Part shown: positions 1 to 8,120 of the stretch, one piece after another
Numbering within the stretch: position 1 is the stretch's first letter
How the letters are laid out: each line of letters starts with the position of its first letter
Source of the DNA: Terriglobia bacterium
GTDB lineage: Bacteria; Acidobacteriota; Terriglobia; 20CM-2-55-15
Assembly (NCBI GenBank): GCA_965198225.1
Contig: CBDAOY010000008.1
Location: forward strand, 960,001 to 1,024,000
DNA length: 64,000 nucleotides
Direction of reading: 5' to 3'
Made by a program: the position numbers and the translations under genes
The notes under the pieces: model-generated
The model's input: the letters and a program-made list of their open reading frames with translations, nothing else
What the model was told of the DNA's origin: nothing
Databases searched by the model: none

Positions 1-459
1 GTCGGTTCCGTACTCCATCTCGATTCGGCGGCCCGGCTGCATCAACACACCGTTGGTGCCCGTCTGGTCCCGGGAGGGCATCAGGGCCAGCCCGTCGAAG
101 TCGGCATCGAGCACGCCGTCGATCTCGTCCGCCCTGAGGGTCGGCAGGTCGGAGGCGATGGAGAGCAGGCGCGACGCCCCGGTTCCCAACTCCAGCGTCA
201 TTCGATTCACAGCAGCGCTGTGGCCGGCCACGGTGTTTTCGTCGACGACCTCGAACCCGAACCCCAGGCTCAGGTCACGGACTTCGCTGCTGGCGGTGAT
301 GACGATCGCCCGCTCGGTGGAACGGGATCCCGCTACGGCGGCAAGGACGTCCTTAAGCATGGCGCGGGCCAATGCCGACCTTTCGGTCGGGTTCAACACT
401 GGGGCGAGTCTCTGCTTGGCTTCGCTAAACCCCTTTACGGGCAACAGGACGGTCTTCAT
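1..459 (-). CDS. cofC: 2-phospho-L-lactate/PEP guanylyltransferase (F420 biosynthesis), 3' end outside the window
   Basis: Manual translation from ATG 459 gives MKTVLLPVKGFSEAKQRLAPVLNPTERSALARAMLKDVL...ASDLP...GTNG, the CofC motifs. It overlaps the cofD end and is not in the ORF track. Confidence 0.9.
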   Translation of the reverse strand, partial: MKTVLLPVKGFSEAKQRLAPVLNPTERSALARAMLKDVLAAVAGSRSTERAIVITASSEVRDLSLGFGFEVVDENTVAGHSAAVNRMTLELGTGASRLLSIASDLPTLRADEIDGVLDADFDGLALMPSRDQTGTNGVLMQPGRRIEMEYGTD

Positions 460-1375
460 TGGTCACGCGTCGCGCCAACCGGCTCGCGTCGTCGGGGCTG
501 TTGATCAAGATGTTTTCGACCCAGACTCCGACGCCGAGGGCTCGTATTTCGTCGAGACGAGTCAGGTCGGTAGTGTGGATGACGATGTGATCGAGAAAGT
601 CCCCATATCTTTCGGCGACGGCCTTCGCAGATACCTCCGAGCCCGTCGCCTTCATCAGCTTTCCAGCCGGCCCGCTCACGGGTTGGGAGCCCACGATGGG
701 ACTGACGGCAACGACCCCCGCTTCGGTCGCCCTGAGGGCTTCGCGTATTCCTGGAACCGCAAGGATCGCTCCGATGCTGGTAACGGGGTTGGACGGCGCC
801 AAGACAACCCGCGACGCCTTCATGATCGAATTGACGACTCCCTCGGGTGCCCGGGCGACCTCGGCCCCCTCGTAGCTCACGCCGGTGACCTGAGGCTTGC
901 ACTCTTCCCGGACGAAGTACTCCTGGAAGGCCAGTGTTTCGTGCTCCGTCCGGATTCGCGTCCGAATGGGGCTGTTGGTCGCAGGCATGACGAGCGCGCC
1001 GATGCCGAAACGGTCCGCAAGCTGCTCGGTCGCCTCTTCGAGCGTGGAACCCTGTCGCAGGAGGCTGGACCGAACGAGGTGTGTTGCCAGATCCCGATCG
1101 CCGAGCCTGAACCAGGTCGGCATGCCGAGCTTCTTGATGGTGTCCAGACAACGGAACGATTCATCGCGACGGCCCCAGCCGCGGCTTGGATCGAGTTCAT
1201 CGGCCAGCGCGTAGAGGATGCTGTCGATGTCGGGGCTGACGTAGAGACCCCAGACTTCGTGATCGTCGCCCACGTTGACGATGATGTGGACCTGCTCTTC
1301 AGGCACCACGCCGACCAAGCCCTGCAGGAACTTCGCCGCTCCCGTACCTCCAGCTAACACGGTGACGTGGCTCAT
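425..1375 (-). CDS. cofD: 2-phospho-L-lactate transferase (F420 biosynthesis)
   Basis: LAGGTGAAKF, NVGDD, SPDIDS, LGDRDLATH, FQEYFV, APSNPVTSI and VSGPAGKLM motifs; adjacent to cofC. Confidence 0.93.
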   Translation of the reverse strand: MSHVTVLAGGTGAAKFLQGLVGVVPEEQVHIIVNVGDDHEVWGLYVSPDIDSILYALADELDPSRGWGRRDESFRCLDTIKKLGMPTWFRLGDRDLATHLVRSSLLRQGSTLEEATEQLADRFGIGALVMPATNSPIRTRIRTEHETLAFQEYFVREECKPQVTGVSYEGAEVARAPEGVVNSIMKASRVVLAPSNPVTSIGAILAVPGIREALRATEAGVVAVSPIVGSQPVSGPAGKLMKATGSEVSAKAVAERYGDFLDHIVIHTTDLTRLDEIRALGVGVWVENILINSPDDASRLARRVTNEDRPVARKGV

Positions 1376-1579
1376 GCGAGGTACCCGTTCGGTCCTAGAT
1401 CTCTAACTATCTTGCTCATCTGCTCCGATCAGTCATGGCTCTACAACCTGCTTTGTCCCACAACGCCGGCGAGCGGCGGTGAGTGTCGGGGTTCCCTCTG
1501 TCTCGAGCGCGGAGTGGAGGGTTCCGGCTGTTGAACAGAGCCTGTGCCAGCCGGAACGCCATACAGTATACCTGCAGTG

Positions 1580-2533
1580 TCACCCAGTCGGCGGTAACAA
1601 GGTCGGAGCATCCGGTTCGGCCGGGCCGCCCCCACCCGCCAGGTCAAGTACTTCGAGAAAGTCGAAGACTGTGTTCAAGTACCGGTCCCTGTCGATTTGG
1701 AAAGCCCTGCCGTGTCGGGCCCCTTTAACGATCAGCAGTTTCCGATGCGGATTCGCCGAGGCCTCGTGGAGGCGGCGGGCAAGCTCGGGCGGCATCCGAC
1801 GGTCTTCGTCGCCCGCGATGAAGAGAATCGGCAGGTCCGGACTCTCCCGAACCGCCGACTCCACATCTCCCTCGACCAGGGCGAACCGCATCCGCAACCG
1901 AGTCAGTCCAGTCATCATGTTGGCGATAGGGAAGGAGGGCAGTCCGAATATGAGTCGGAAGTGATGCGCAACCGTTTCCTCGAGCGAAAGAAAAGAGCTG
2001 TCGGCGACTGCGGCTTCGAAGCCGGGACAGCGGCGGGCCGCGAGCAAAGCCGTCGAGGCTCCGAGCGACACCCCCCAGAGCACAACCGGGCGGGCCGGGG
2101 AACGCGCTTCGACCAGAGCTTTCGCGGCGCACACATCCCGGCTTTCGTGAACCCCGAGCGTCGTGTAGGCCTCACCGCTCTCTCCGTGGTTCCGCAGGTC
2201 GAACAGCAGGACCCCGTAGCCTCGTCGAACGCTCTCAACCCCACGTTCGAGCAGTTCCAGACGGGAGCGATTCAGACCGTGCACGAAGATCAGGACCGGA
2301 CGATCCTCCTGGCCCGGGTTCCACCATCCCCTCAGGGGTATACCGTCCGGAGAGGTAAACTCGACTGCTTCAACCGTCAGGCCGAGAGCCTCAGGATCAG
2401 TGGGCCCTGGTTCCGGAAAGCGGAAACGGCTGCTCGTGATCAGGTATGATCCGCCCACCGGAAGGAAGACCAGGAAGAAGAAGAGGACGGCGGCCAGCCC
2501 CGCCACCAGGAAGCGTTTGAGCCATTTCTTCAT
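1580..2533 (-). CDS. Membrane-anchored alpha/beta hydrolase
   Basis: Likely start MKKWLKRFL at 2533 followed by a TM helix; HGLN, DLRNHGES, GVSLG nucleophile elbow, C-terminal GARH. Confidence 0.85.
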   Translation of the reverse strand: MKKWLKRFLVAGLAAVLFFFLVFLPVGGSYLITSSRFRFPEPGPTDPEALGLTVEAVEFTSPDGIPLRGWWNPGQEDRPVLIFVHGLNRSRLELLERGVESVRRGYGVLLFDLRNHGESGEAYTTLGVHESRDVCAAKALVEARSPARPVVLWGVSLGASTALLAARRCPGFEAAVADSSFLSLEETVAHHFRLIFGLPSFPIANMMTGLTRLRMRFALVEGDVESAVRESPDLPILFIAGDEDRRMPPELARRLHEASANPHRKLLIVKGARHGRAFQIDRDRYLNTVFDFLEVLDLAGGGGPAEPDAPTLLPPTG

Positions 2534-2550
2534 AGGGCGTGGATTCGGCG

Positions 2551-3189
2551 TCAGCGGAGCCGGGCGATGGGACCGCTTGGGGTCCCACCTTCGGCCGGCC
2601 GTTCGATCTCGGCACTCAGGGCGGCGAGCACCTGCCCCGTGTCTTCGACGAGGACCTCGTAGGTCACGCCGGCAGGAGGGGTCGTCGTCACGATGCCGTC
2701 GATGGCGTAGCGCCGCTTCTCCCCGCCGGCCACCTCGTCGCTGAGTATCACGATCAGCGGCATGGATTCGCCATTCTGCAGGATAACCAACTGCCGTCCC
2801 AGGAAATCGGATACGACCTCGGCCGGCTGGTCCGGCTCCACACGGGCGCGAATCTCCACCGGGATCTCGCTCACGGGTTCCGTTCCGATGTTTTCGACGA
2901 TCAGGCTCAGGTGATGTCGGTAGATGTTCTCGTCCGGGTAGCCCGACTCGCCTCTCAATTCCAGCTCCAACCTGATCTGCGAATAGTCCGTCTGGGTCTC
3001 CAGTGGACCGATCGTCCACAAGGCGAAGCCTAAAAACAACAGCGCCGCGTAGGGATAAGGAGTGTTCAGACGCAGTTTCGCGAACAGGCTCGTCCGCTCG
3101 ACGACGGGGGGCGGATCGAGCGACTTGCCGCAGCTCGAGCAGAAACGGCTGTCAGCGAGAACATCTGCGCCGCAATGCCGGCAGAACAT
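2551..3189 (-). CDS. Zinc-ribbon domain membrane protein
   Basis: N-terminal CRHC...CSSC followed by a TM segment; abuts hemF. Confidence 0.7.
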   Translation of the reverse strand: MFCRHCGADVLADSRFCSSCGKSLDPPPVVERTSLFAKLRLNTPYPYAALLFLGFALWTIGPLETQTDYSQIRLELELRGESGYPDENIYRHHLSLIVENIGTEPVSEIPVEIRARVEPDQPAEVVSDFLGRQLVILQNGESMPLIVILSDEVAGGEKRRYAIDGIVTTTPPAGVTYEVLVEDTGQVLAALSAEIERPAEGGTPSGPIARLR

Positions 3190-4064
3190 CAGACCCAGTC
3201 CCTCGGCTGGAAGAAGGCCGCAGCGTCGGCCTCGGGCGTCCCCGGCTCGGGCTTGAAGTCGTAGACCCAGCGTGCCACCGGAGGAAGGCTCATCAAGATG
3301 GATTCGGCGCGCCCGCGAGTCTTGAGGCCGAATACGGTGCCGCGATCATACACGAGATTGAATTCGGCGTAGCGGCCCCGCCGAATCATCTGAAACTCGC
3401 GTTCTCGATCGCCAAACGATTCGTCCTTCCTGCGCTCGACGATCGGAAGGTAGGCCGGTAGCAAACAATCACCGACAGTCCGAACGAACTCGAACACGCG
3501 GTCGAGGTCTTCCTGAAGGTAGTCGAAGAATATGCCTCCGATGCCCCGCATCTCACCCCGGTGCTGGATCGTGAAGTATTCGTCGCACCAGCGCTTGAAA
3601 CGCGGATAGTAACCCGGATCATGGGCGTCACATGCGGCTTTCAGGGTGGCGTGAAAGTGGACCCCGTCGTCCGCGTACGGGTAGGAGGGCGTCAGGTCGG
3701 CACCGCCCCCGAACCATGAACCATCTCCCTTTTCCAGGTACCTGAAGTTCGCATGGACGACGGGAACCTTCGGGTTCAATGGGTGAATCACAAGGGATAT
3801 GCCCGTGGCGAAGAACTCGGTTCCGGATCCTACGGGAATCTCGTCGGCGAATTCCTCCGGAAGGCGGCCCTGGACTTCCGAGAAGTTCACGCCGCCTTTC
3901 TCGAACACTGGGCCGCCCTCCAAAACGCGGGTCCTCCCGCCGCCGCCTCCTTCGCGTTCCCATAAATCCTCCCGGAAGGCGGTCCCGTCCATCTCCGAGA
4001 GCGCTGCGGTGATCCGGTCCTGCAAATCCTTGAAATAATTCCCTGCTTCGTCTCGCACGTTCAT
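3189..4064 (-). CDS. hemF: Oxygen-dependent coproporphyrinogen III oxidase
   Basis: FEKGGVNFS, HANFRY, WFGGGADLTP, RGIGGIFFD and RRGRYAEFNLVYDRGTVFGL motifs. Confidence 0.97.
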   Translation of the reverse strand: MNVRDEAGNYFKDLQDRITAALSEMDGTAFREDLWEREGGGGGRTRVLEGGPVFEKGGVNFSEVQGRLPEEFADEIPVGSGTEFFATGISLVIHPLNPKVPVVHANFRYLEKGDGSWFGGGADLTPSYPYADDGVHFHATLKAACDAHDPGYYPRFKRWCDEYFTIQHRGEMRGIGGIFFDYLQEDLDRVFEFVRTVGDCLLPAYLPIVERRKDESFGDREREFQMIRRGRYAEFNLVYDRGTVFGLKTRGRAESILMSLPPVARWVYDFKPEPGTPEADAAAFFQPRDWV

Positions 4065-4127
4065 TTCTGAATGATAACTGCCGGAGTTGCCAGTAGTCAG
4101 TAGTCAGTTTGTCTTCAACGTGAGGGA

Positions 4128-4253
4128 CTCGTGGCCTGTAACAGTTGTCGGAAGCCGTCACCGATGAAAGAGTATCGCTTTCCGTCTCCCTCCTCGACCT
4201 CGCCCGCAAGACCCATCGGCGATGGTGCCGATAGCACTGTTACAGGCCACTAG
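4128..4253. mobile_element. MITE-like element, CTAGTGGCCTGTAA family, copy 1
   Basis: Terminal inverted repeats GTGGCCTGTAACAGT / ACTGTTACAGGCCAC(TAG); non-coding; related to 34572-34688. Confidence 0.7.
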
Positions 4254-4317
4254 CGCTGCCACCGCGGGTCGCAACGTTGGAAGTGAGGTATGATTGGCTT
4301 CGTTCATCGAAAGCGGA

Positions 4318-4851
4318 ATGATCATGCACAGATTCACTTTCCTGTTGCTCTTCCTGCTCTTGAGCCCGTCTTCGGTCCCGGCGCAAGCCCGGTTGCTTTT
4401 CCAGGCTGCCGAAGGGTGGCGGGTCGAGACGCCGGGGTCGGAGATGCGCGTCGGACAGTTCGTCCTACCGCGCTCGAAACCGGAGGGCGAGGACGCCGAA
4501 CTCGTCGTTTACTTCTTTGGTGGTGCCGGCGGCAGCGTTGATGCCAACCTGACTCGTTGGGCCGGACAGATGGAACAGCCCGACGGGGGAGACTCCCGCC
4601 GAGTCGCGACGACTGAAGAGTTCTCTTCACACGGCCTGGATCTGACTACGCTGGACCTGTCCGGCACCTATGTTGCCGAGGTCCGGCCGGGAAGCGCCGA
4701 ATACCACAACAAGCCGGGGTACCGCCTGATAGCGGCCGTCGTCGAGACGCCCGGAGGTCCATACTTCGTGAAACTCACCGGTCCGGCCGAGACCGTGGAA
4801 CGCTGGGAGGAGAGCATAGGCGAGTTCCTCCGATCGTTTGCCTACCGCTGA
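4318..4851 (+). CDS. Conserved secreted hypothetical protein
   Basis: Signal peptide (MHRFTFLLLFLLL...AQA); YFFGGAGGSVDANLTRWAGQ and FVKLTGP motifs. Confidence 0.75.
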   Translation: MIMHRFTFLLLFLLLSPSSVPAQARLLFQAAEGWRVETPGSEMRVGQFVLPRSKPEGEDAELVVYFFGGAGGSVDANLTRWAGQMEQPDGGDSRRVATTEEFSSHGLDLTTLDLSGTYVAEVRPGSAEYHNKPGYRLIAAVVETPGGPYFVKLTGPAETVERWEESIGEFLRSFAYR

Positions 4852-4876
4852 CACGAACCGCTGGACCGGAGTTCCG

Positions 4877-5560
4877 ATGGCTTTGCTCTCCAGCCCGGAT
4901 CGCGCGGAGATCCGGAAGATGTTCCAGGGGCTTGAACGTGACGTCAAGCTGGTCTGTTTCACCGAGAGGGAATCACCGATCGTGATTCCCGGACGGGGCT
5001 GTGCCAGCTGCAAGGAAACCCAGGTACTGCTGGAAGAGGTCGTCGCTCTGTCGGAGCGGCTCTCCCTCGACGTGCACGAGCACGACCCCACTGCCGAGCC
5101 GGCTGGAGAATACCGCATCGACAAGATCCCCGCGATCGTGATCGAGGCCGAGGGGGTGCAGGGACGGGTCCGCTACTTCGGAATGCCTTCCGGTTACGAG
5201 TTCTCGGTCCTCGTGGGCGCGATCATCGACGCCGGCGGTCTTTCCACCGGGCTGGCGGAGGAGACCCTCGGGTTGCTCGAGGAGATCTCGGAAGATGCCC
5301 ACATCCAGGTTTTTGTCACGCCTACATGACCGCACTGTCCCGGCCTGGGCAGGCTGGCCCACAAAATGGCGATCGACAACCCGCACATCACCGCAGACGT
5401 GATCGAGGTGACCGAGTTCCTGCCTCTGGCAGAACGCTACGCGGTACGGGGCGTGCCAAAGACCGTCATCAATGAAGGCAACGAATTCGTGGGTGCGCTC
5501 ACCGAAGCCGAATTCGTCCGCGTGGTAGTCGACGCAGTGTCTCCGCGGGCCGAGTCATGA
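4877..5560 (+). CDS. Double thioredoxin-fold protein disulfide oxidoreductase (PDO / AhpF N-terminal-like), probable selenoprotein
   Basis: ORFs 4838-5329 and 5366-5560 are in one frame and joined by TGA at 5327-5329. N-terminal CASC, GMPSGYEF, then VFVTPT-(TGA)-PHC and VRGVPKTVIN; 227 aa on readthrough. Confidence 0.88.
5330..5363 (+). promoter_or_regulatory. Putative bacterial SECIS hairpin
   Basis: Stem CCGGCCT (5340-5346) / AGGCTGG (5351-5357) with a G-led loop GGGC, 17 nt after the in-frame TGA. Confidence 0.6.
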
Positions 5561-6915
5561 CTCGCGGACTCGACGACTATATCGAGAAGGTCCGGCCGGA
5601 GTTCGAGACGAAACTCCGGGAATGGGTCGAGATCCCGACGATCAGCGCACTGCCCGAAAAGCGGGCCGACATCGAACGCGGAGCGGACGAGGCCCTCGCC
5701 TATCTGAGAGCCCTCGGAGGACATGCCGAGAAGATTCCAACCGATGGTAACCCTGTGGTCCTGGGGCGATTCGAAAGCCACGAGTCCCATCCCACCGTAA
5801 CCGTGTACAACCACCTGGACGTGCAGCCGGCGAACGAACCCGAGTGGAGAAGCGAACCCTTTCGGATGCTCACCGAAAACGGGACCTACATCGGGCGAGG
5901 CACTACCGACGACAAGGGACCGGCTTTGACCGCCCTGCTGGCAGCGCGCTACGCGCGAGATGCCGGAACACCCCTGAACATTCAGTTTTTCTGGGAGTTG
6001 GAGGAGGAAATCGGCAGTCCGAATTTCGAATCATTCATCCGGAGCAATGTTGGGCGGATCGCCACCGATTCTGTTGTGGTCTCCGACACGATCTGGGTCT
6101 CCCGACAGTGCCCCGCGATTCCGTACGGCCTGCGGGGGCTTCTCTCGCTCCGCCTTCTTCTGGAGACGGGAACGAGGGACGTCCATTCCGGTCTGACCGG
6201 TGGGGCCGCCCGGAATCCGATCTCCGAACTTTGCGAGGTGCTCACGGCCTGCGCGGATGCAGGCACAGGGATGGTTCGAGTCCCGAATTTCTACGACGAT
6301 GTCGTCCCTGCGACCCAACAGGAAGTCGAAGATTTTCTGGCGTCCGGCTTCAACGCCGAGGGTTTCCGCGACGCGCATGAGTTGAAGTTGCTCCGGTCCA
6401 CGGATCCGGCGGACCTGGCCCAGCGGATCTGGACGCGACCCACTTTCGAGGTTCACGGCATCGTCGGCGGGTACACCGGCCCCGGCGTCAAGACGGCAGT
6501 ACCTGCCAGGGCCGAGGCCAAGGTCAGCATGCGCCTTGTACCGAAGCAGTCGCCGCAGAAGATCTTCGAGTTGGCAAGTGAATTCATCAAGGAGCGGAAT
6601 CCCGACGTCGAGGTGGTCCTGGATTCCACACTGGCACCCTACATCGGACCTCGCGAAGGCATTCATGCCCGTGCGGGCCGGAATGCGATGGCCGAGGCGT
6701 TCGGGATCGAACCGGCCATGGTGCGGGAGGGCGGCTCCATCGGAGCGGTCGTCACGATGGAACAGTACCTCAAGACGCCGATCATATTCCTGGGTTTGAG
6801 CCTGCCCGAGCACGGCTATCACGCCCCAAACGAAAACTTCGACTGGAACCAGGCGTCCGGGGGGATCCGGATGTTTGCCCGCTACTTCGAAAGCCTCGCC
6901 AAGCTGGATAAGTGA
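5557..6915 (+). CDS. M20 family dipeptidase (CNDP2/Dug1-like)
   Basis: YNHLDVQP, GRGTTDDKG, EEEIGS, DVHSG, REGGSI and HAPNE motifs; ATGA overlap with the upstream gene. Confidence 0.9.
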   Translation: MTRGLDDYIEKVRPEFETKLREWVEIPTISALPEKRADIERGADEALAYLRALGGHAEKIPTDGNPVVLGRFESHESHPTVTVYNHLDVQPANEPEWRSEPFRMLTENGTYIGRGTTDDKGPALTALLAARYARDAGTPLNIQFFWELEEEIGSPNFESFIRSNVGRIATDSVVVSDTIWVSRQCPAIPYGLRGLLSLRLLLETGTRDVHSGLTGGAARNPISELCEVLTACADAGTGMVRVPNFYDDVVPATQQEVEDFLASGFNAEGFRDAHELKLLRSTDPADLAQRIWTRPTFEVHGIVGGYTGPGVKTAVPARAEAKVSMRLVPKQSPQKIFELASEFIKERNPDVEVVLDSTLAPYIGPREGIHARAGRNAMAEAFGIEPAMVREGGSIGAVVTMEQYLKTPIIFLGLSLPEHGYHAPNENFDWNQASGGIRMFARYFESLAKLDK

Positions 6916-8120
6916 AATACGACTTCGACGCTGAAGTAGATCGAAAGAATACGAGTTCGATCAAGTGGGAGTTCATCGAAAGGGCAGGGGACCTGCACCT
7001 GGAGAGGACGCATCGATTCTTCGGAGACGACCGGGTTCTGCCCATGTGGGTGGCGGACATGGACTTTCAGGTTCCGATCGCCGTCGCAGAAGCCCTCGTT
7101 GCCCGGGCGAAGCACGCAATCTACGGATATACCGCGCCAGGGGACTCCTACTATCAGTCGGTAACCGGTTGGATGAAGAGACGGCACGGGTGGGACGTCT
7201 CTGCGGACTGGATCTCGATCACTCCCGGCGTCGTCCCGGCCCTGAACCTTTTGATCCGAGCCTTCGTTCCTTCAGGTGGGGGAGTGCTCGTCCAGCCGCC
7301 GGTCTACTACCCCTTCTTCAGAGCGATCGAGAACAACAGCGCGCGACTCATCTGCAATCCCCTGATTCTCGGGAACGGTCGCTACACCATGGATTTCGAT
7401 GACCTTGACCGAAAGACGAGAGATCCTCAGGTCGGAATGACCATCCTGTCGAGTCCCCACAACCCGGTCGGGCGGGTCTGGGCCGAGGAGGAGTTGGTTC
7501 GCTTCGGGGAGATCTGTCTGAAGAACGACGTGCTGATCGTAGCCGATGAAGTACATGGCGATTTGATCTACAGGGGACACCGGTTCATCCCATTTTCCGG
7601 TCTCCGCCCCGACTTCGCCCGGAACGCGATCGTGTGCACCTCGGCGAGCAAGACATTCAACCTGGCAGGTCTGCAGACATCGAACATCGTGATCTCGGAT
7701 GAACAACTGCGCTCCGAGTTTAGAAATACCCTGAATGCGACCGGATTGTTCGGGGCGGCAACGTTCGGCGTCGTCGCGACCGAGGCCGCCTATGACCACG
7801 GTGAAGACTGGCTCGAGCAGCTACTCGTGTATCTGGAAGGCAACCTCCTGTTCCTTGAACAATATGTAAGAACACATCTCGACGGAATTCGCGTCGTCCG
7901 ACCGGAAGGCACGTTTCTGGTCTGGCTCGACTGTCGCGGGCTGGGACTCGATCGGGAGCGGTTGAGGAACCTGATGTTCGAGGGGGCCAGAATCTACCTC
8001 GACGACGGTTTCCTGTTCGGCGACGAAGGCGACGGATTCCAGCGGATCAACATTGCGTGTGCCCGATCGGTACTGACCGACGCGCTGGAGCGAATCAGGA
8101 AAGCTGTCGCCGGACTGTGA
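6912..8120 (+). CDS. MalY/PatB family PLP-dependent C-S lyase (cystathionine beta-lyase)
   Basis: SIKW, PMWVADMDF, SPHNPVGRVW, DEVHGD and SKTFNLAGL motifs; GTGA overlap. Confidence 0.92.
   Translation: MKYDFDAEVDRKNTSSIKWEFIERAGDLHLERTHRFFGDDRVLPMWVADMDFQVPIAVAEALVARAKHAIYGYTAPGDSYYQSVTGWMKRRHGWDVSADWISITPGVVPALNLLIRAFVPSGGGVLVQPPVYYPFFRAIENNSARLICNPLILGNGRYTMDFDDLDRKTRDPQVGMTILSSPHNPVGRVWAEEELVRFGEICLKNDVLIVADEVHGDLIYRGHRFIPFSGLRPDFARNAIVCTSASKTFNLAGLQTSNIVISDEQLRSEFRNTLNATGLFGAATFGVVATEAAYDHGEDWLEQLLVYLEGNLLFLEQYVRTHLDGIRVVRPEGTFLVWLDCRGLGLDRERLRNLMFEGARIYLDDGFLFGDEGDGFQRINIACARSVLTDALERIRKAVAGL

Noticed and set aside
53-1357. 434-aa plus-strand ORF and many similar long antisense ORFs (e.g. 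25919-27463, 44133-45416, 50677-51789)
   Set aside because: Shadow frames of well-supported genes on the opposite strand, typical of high-GC DNA; no motifs.
1580-3019. 479-aa version of the hydrolase ORF
   Set aside because: The N-terminal extension overlaps the zinc-ribbon gene out of frame; the real start is ATG 2533.
4091-4108. 7-bp tandem repeats CAGTAGT (and a similar degenerate run near 38893-38918)
   Set aside because: Only 2-3 units; too short to support a function.
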